64,000 bases of DNA, from positions 3,410,001-3,474,000 of the forward strand of contig CM120647.1 in the NCBI GenBank assembly GCA_051362555.1, given 5' to 3'. The notes under the pieces are model-generated. The model saw nothing but the letters and a program-made list of their open reading frames with translations. It did not search any database and was not told the origin of the DNA. The stretch comes from Lingula anatina (Eukaryota > Animalia > Brachiopoda). Shown one piece after another: positions 61,263-64,000 of this stretch (the first letter of the stretch is position 1; each line of letters starts with the position of its first letter). Made by a program: the position numbers and the translations under genes.

Positions 61263-61635
61263 CCTCCTGCAAAGAATATAATAATGAAAATGAAAATGTC
61301 ACATTGAGAAAAATTATAAATGCCTGCTTTTAATAAAATTCTATCTCCAGGTGGTGGGTAAGCAGAAAACCTCACTCTACAGGTATCTCTTTGATGAAAT
61401 TACTGTACGTTTTAATTATTTTACCACTGCCCCATGACAGAAATAAACAAGCTCCGAAATTTATCTTCTTTTTTCTAGTTTCATTATTATTATTTACTTA
61501 ACCTGTTGTTCAGAAACCTCACTTACATCAAATAAAATGCAGATAAAATGATATTTGTTTGCTTTCAGAAAAAAAAAAAAATAGAGAAAATGGTAGTATT
61601 AGTTTGATTAAAAAATGACATGTAATGGCAAATGA

Positions 61636-61970
61636 CCAACGGCTTCTCCCCACGGCTTCTCCACGTCCCTGTGCCTCCCCACGGCCTTCTTAATGGCTTT
61701 GCTTCCCCCCCCTCCACGGTCTTTTCCACATCCCTGCCCCTCCCAGAGGCCTTCTCCACATCCCTGCCCCTCCCCACGGCCTTCTCCACGTCCCTGCCCC
61801 TCCCCACGGTCTTCTCCACGTCCCTGCCCCTCCTCACGGTCTTCTCCACATCCCTGCCCCTCCCCACAGCCTTCTCCACGTCCCTGCCCCTCCCCGCGGC
61901 CTTCCCCACGGATTTACACCTCCCTGCAGCCTTCTCCACGTCCCTACTCTCCCCCCACGGCCTTCTCCAC
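61636..61970. repeat. 30-bp C-rich minisatellite (~11 units)
   Basis: Unit TCCCCACGGCCTTCTCCACGTCCCTGCCCC. Confidence 0.95.
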
Positions 61971-64000
61971 TTGAGGTACATAGTTGTATTTCATGTGCCA
62001 TTTCTACACTAGGCGAGTACAGCTGTATGTGTCATGAATGGAGAAAGTTCGGCTATTGCCTGCTGAATTTTCTTTGTAGGGGTCGAAATGCAATGAATTA
62101 ACGCCAATTTCTATAAAAAATTCTGAATTTTCTCAAGAAGATGTTTCTTTTAATTTAGGAAAACGCAACATTTGACTAGAGCACCCCCCCCCCCCCCCAG
62201 TGGCAGCTATGTGCAGTACGTCGTTCACCAACGCTTTTCTGATGCACTATATAGGAAAATGTTGTGATTGAGAACATATATCCCTTTTTTATTGCACTAT
62301 TTATTTAATATCACCATTGTCGGCGTTCATCTGATATATGTACACAACATGGACTCAGGATTTCACCTCATCGGACGCTGTTATTGATCTTTGTCCGCAG
62401 ACAACGTAAACTAATGAGCGTCAATTATCTCGTCTGCTGCACGTTATTGATATTTGATTGCCTTGTTATAGTTCTCCAGGCTCCGCGCATAGTTCAGAAA
62501 TAACCTAGAACATTGAGGGACACATTCTGTCTTCCTTTTCTTATCTAACCAAATTAAATCAAGAAAATATATCTAAATGATAGGTAGAATGGGGTTTAAT
62601 AATTCTGTAAAACTGCCGGTTGTGGGGGACATTGGTTCATTTTATACCCTAATAACCCTGGCCCATCCCTTGTCCACGCATTAACGAGTAACGTAGAGAG
62701 GACAGTGTTGTTGCTATCACAATATGTACACTAGTCCTACCAGAGTAGTGTCAACTACCAGAGTATAGAACTCAGGCAAGACAGATAGGGCCTACATATA
62801 GGCCTACCGTCTGCGAAAATTGAAATAAAAAAAGGGAGTGTAAAAATAACTTCCTTTACTTTTAAGTAATGAACAATATTTATAAAATCAAATCCTTTTC
62901 AACCAATATATTATCAATTTATATTTGAACTAAAAATCACAAGATGTAGACTCTAGGCAGAAATAGCTTGAACGTAGCGCTGAACTGGGATGCGCTTGAT
63001 GTGCCCCGATTCTCCTCCGATATAGTGTGTTAGTTGTGACAGATATGTTGATTGCGTTTTCACTGCGGGTCTTTTTTTCATCAACAGACTTGTTCTTTCG
63101 GATCGGAATACTATTTTCATGCATTTCGCACGTTATGGAATATATCTAGGAATATTAACGCCGTAAGAAAATGTCATCTTCTCCCATTCAATTGCCACTG
63201 GCACCTCGCCTTACATATGCAAACATTCAGTGAAGATTTTTTGGGATGTGAAAGAGCAGAATACAAGTTAACAAGTTGCAAGTTAACACAATCGAAGAGG
63301 AGTGCATTTTAGTTTATTGGGTATTAGTATAAAGACTATTTGATTCCCTTCTAATAAATGCTTCAAGACTTCTGGTTTGTGATAACGAACAAATCTTATC
63401 TTCATTCGTGTCTTTCATTCTCTTTCTACAAAATCATAGATCTAATCAACACAAAACGGTGTTCAGTCATCCAACTTTTCCTGAAGTCAAAGTCGTCGGG
63501 TAAACATTCATTTGGGCTTGTTGTATACATGTCGACTCTCCCGGATAATCTGGGAGTCTCCCGGATACAGAACGAATCTCCCCGTCACCCGTACAAGCAA
63601 TAAAGTTAACCAAATCTCCCGGATAAAAGCGACTTTGAAAATTTGCACCACTGTCAGCTAACGCCCTGTCGATTTATCTTCAGACTAGTTGGATGATCTT
63701 TTGAAAACTTCATATTTTGAGATAGGGGTCCCCCACCCCACCCCCCACTGAGCACCTGATCACAACGCCCCCCCCCCCCCCCCCCCCCCCCTGCTATTTA
63801 GCAAAATTTTAGAATGTCCAGATTTTAGATTTCTAGAGGTGGGCATCTCTGTTATTAGACACCTGGCAGGATCAGGTATATAATATATATATGTGAGTGG
63901 AAAAACAGGAAATCACATGCCTAGAAAACTTTAATTTTATCTGGTTTTCTTAGAATGTGTTTCCATAGTAACAAAGCTTCCTTGGATACCCATCTATTGC

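Noticed and set aside
61565-62012. GRGRDVEKAV and PTAFSTSLPL repeat ORFs
   Set aside because: Open frames produced by a stop-free 30-bp minisatellite; no splice or flanking coding support.

Overview
AT-rich, transposon-dense eukaryotic DNA, probably from a marine invertebrate such as a mollusc (inferred from the element repertoire). The only host gene I can support is the first two coding exons of a secreted bark beetle/anakonda-like SRCR protein (minus strand, 7058-5706). The rest is mobile DNA. (i) A young, structurally complete Ty3/Gypsy (Mag-like) retrotransposon (22604-27595) with identical 102-bp LTRs, an ATGTC target-site duplication (TSD) and a single gag-pol ORF. (ii) A 2.6-kb LTR element (40394-42990) with no RT or integrase but an intact orphan acidic 370-aa ORF; its LTRs are identical except for a cluster of differences in U5, and it sits inside the terminal inverted repeat (TIR) of a TTAA-flanked MITE. 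(iii) Two full-length but decayed Tc1 elements with a shared TIR core. (iv) A decayed DDE transposase, probably Kolobok-like. (v) Helentron/HINE-like elements carrying tandem arrays. (vi) Many MITEs, minisatellites and microsatellites. Coordinates were read by eye and family assignments were not database-checked.
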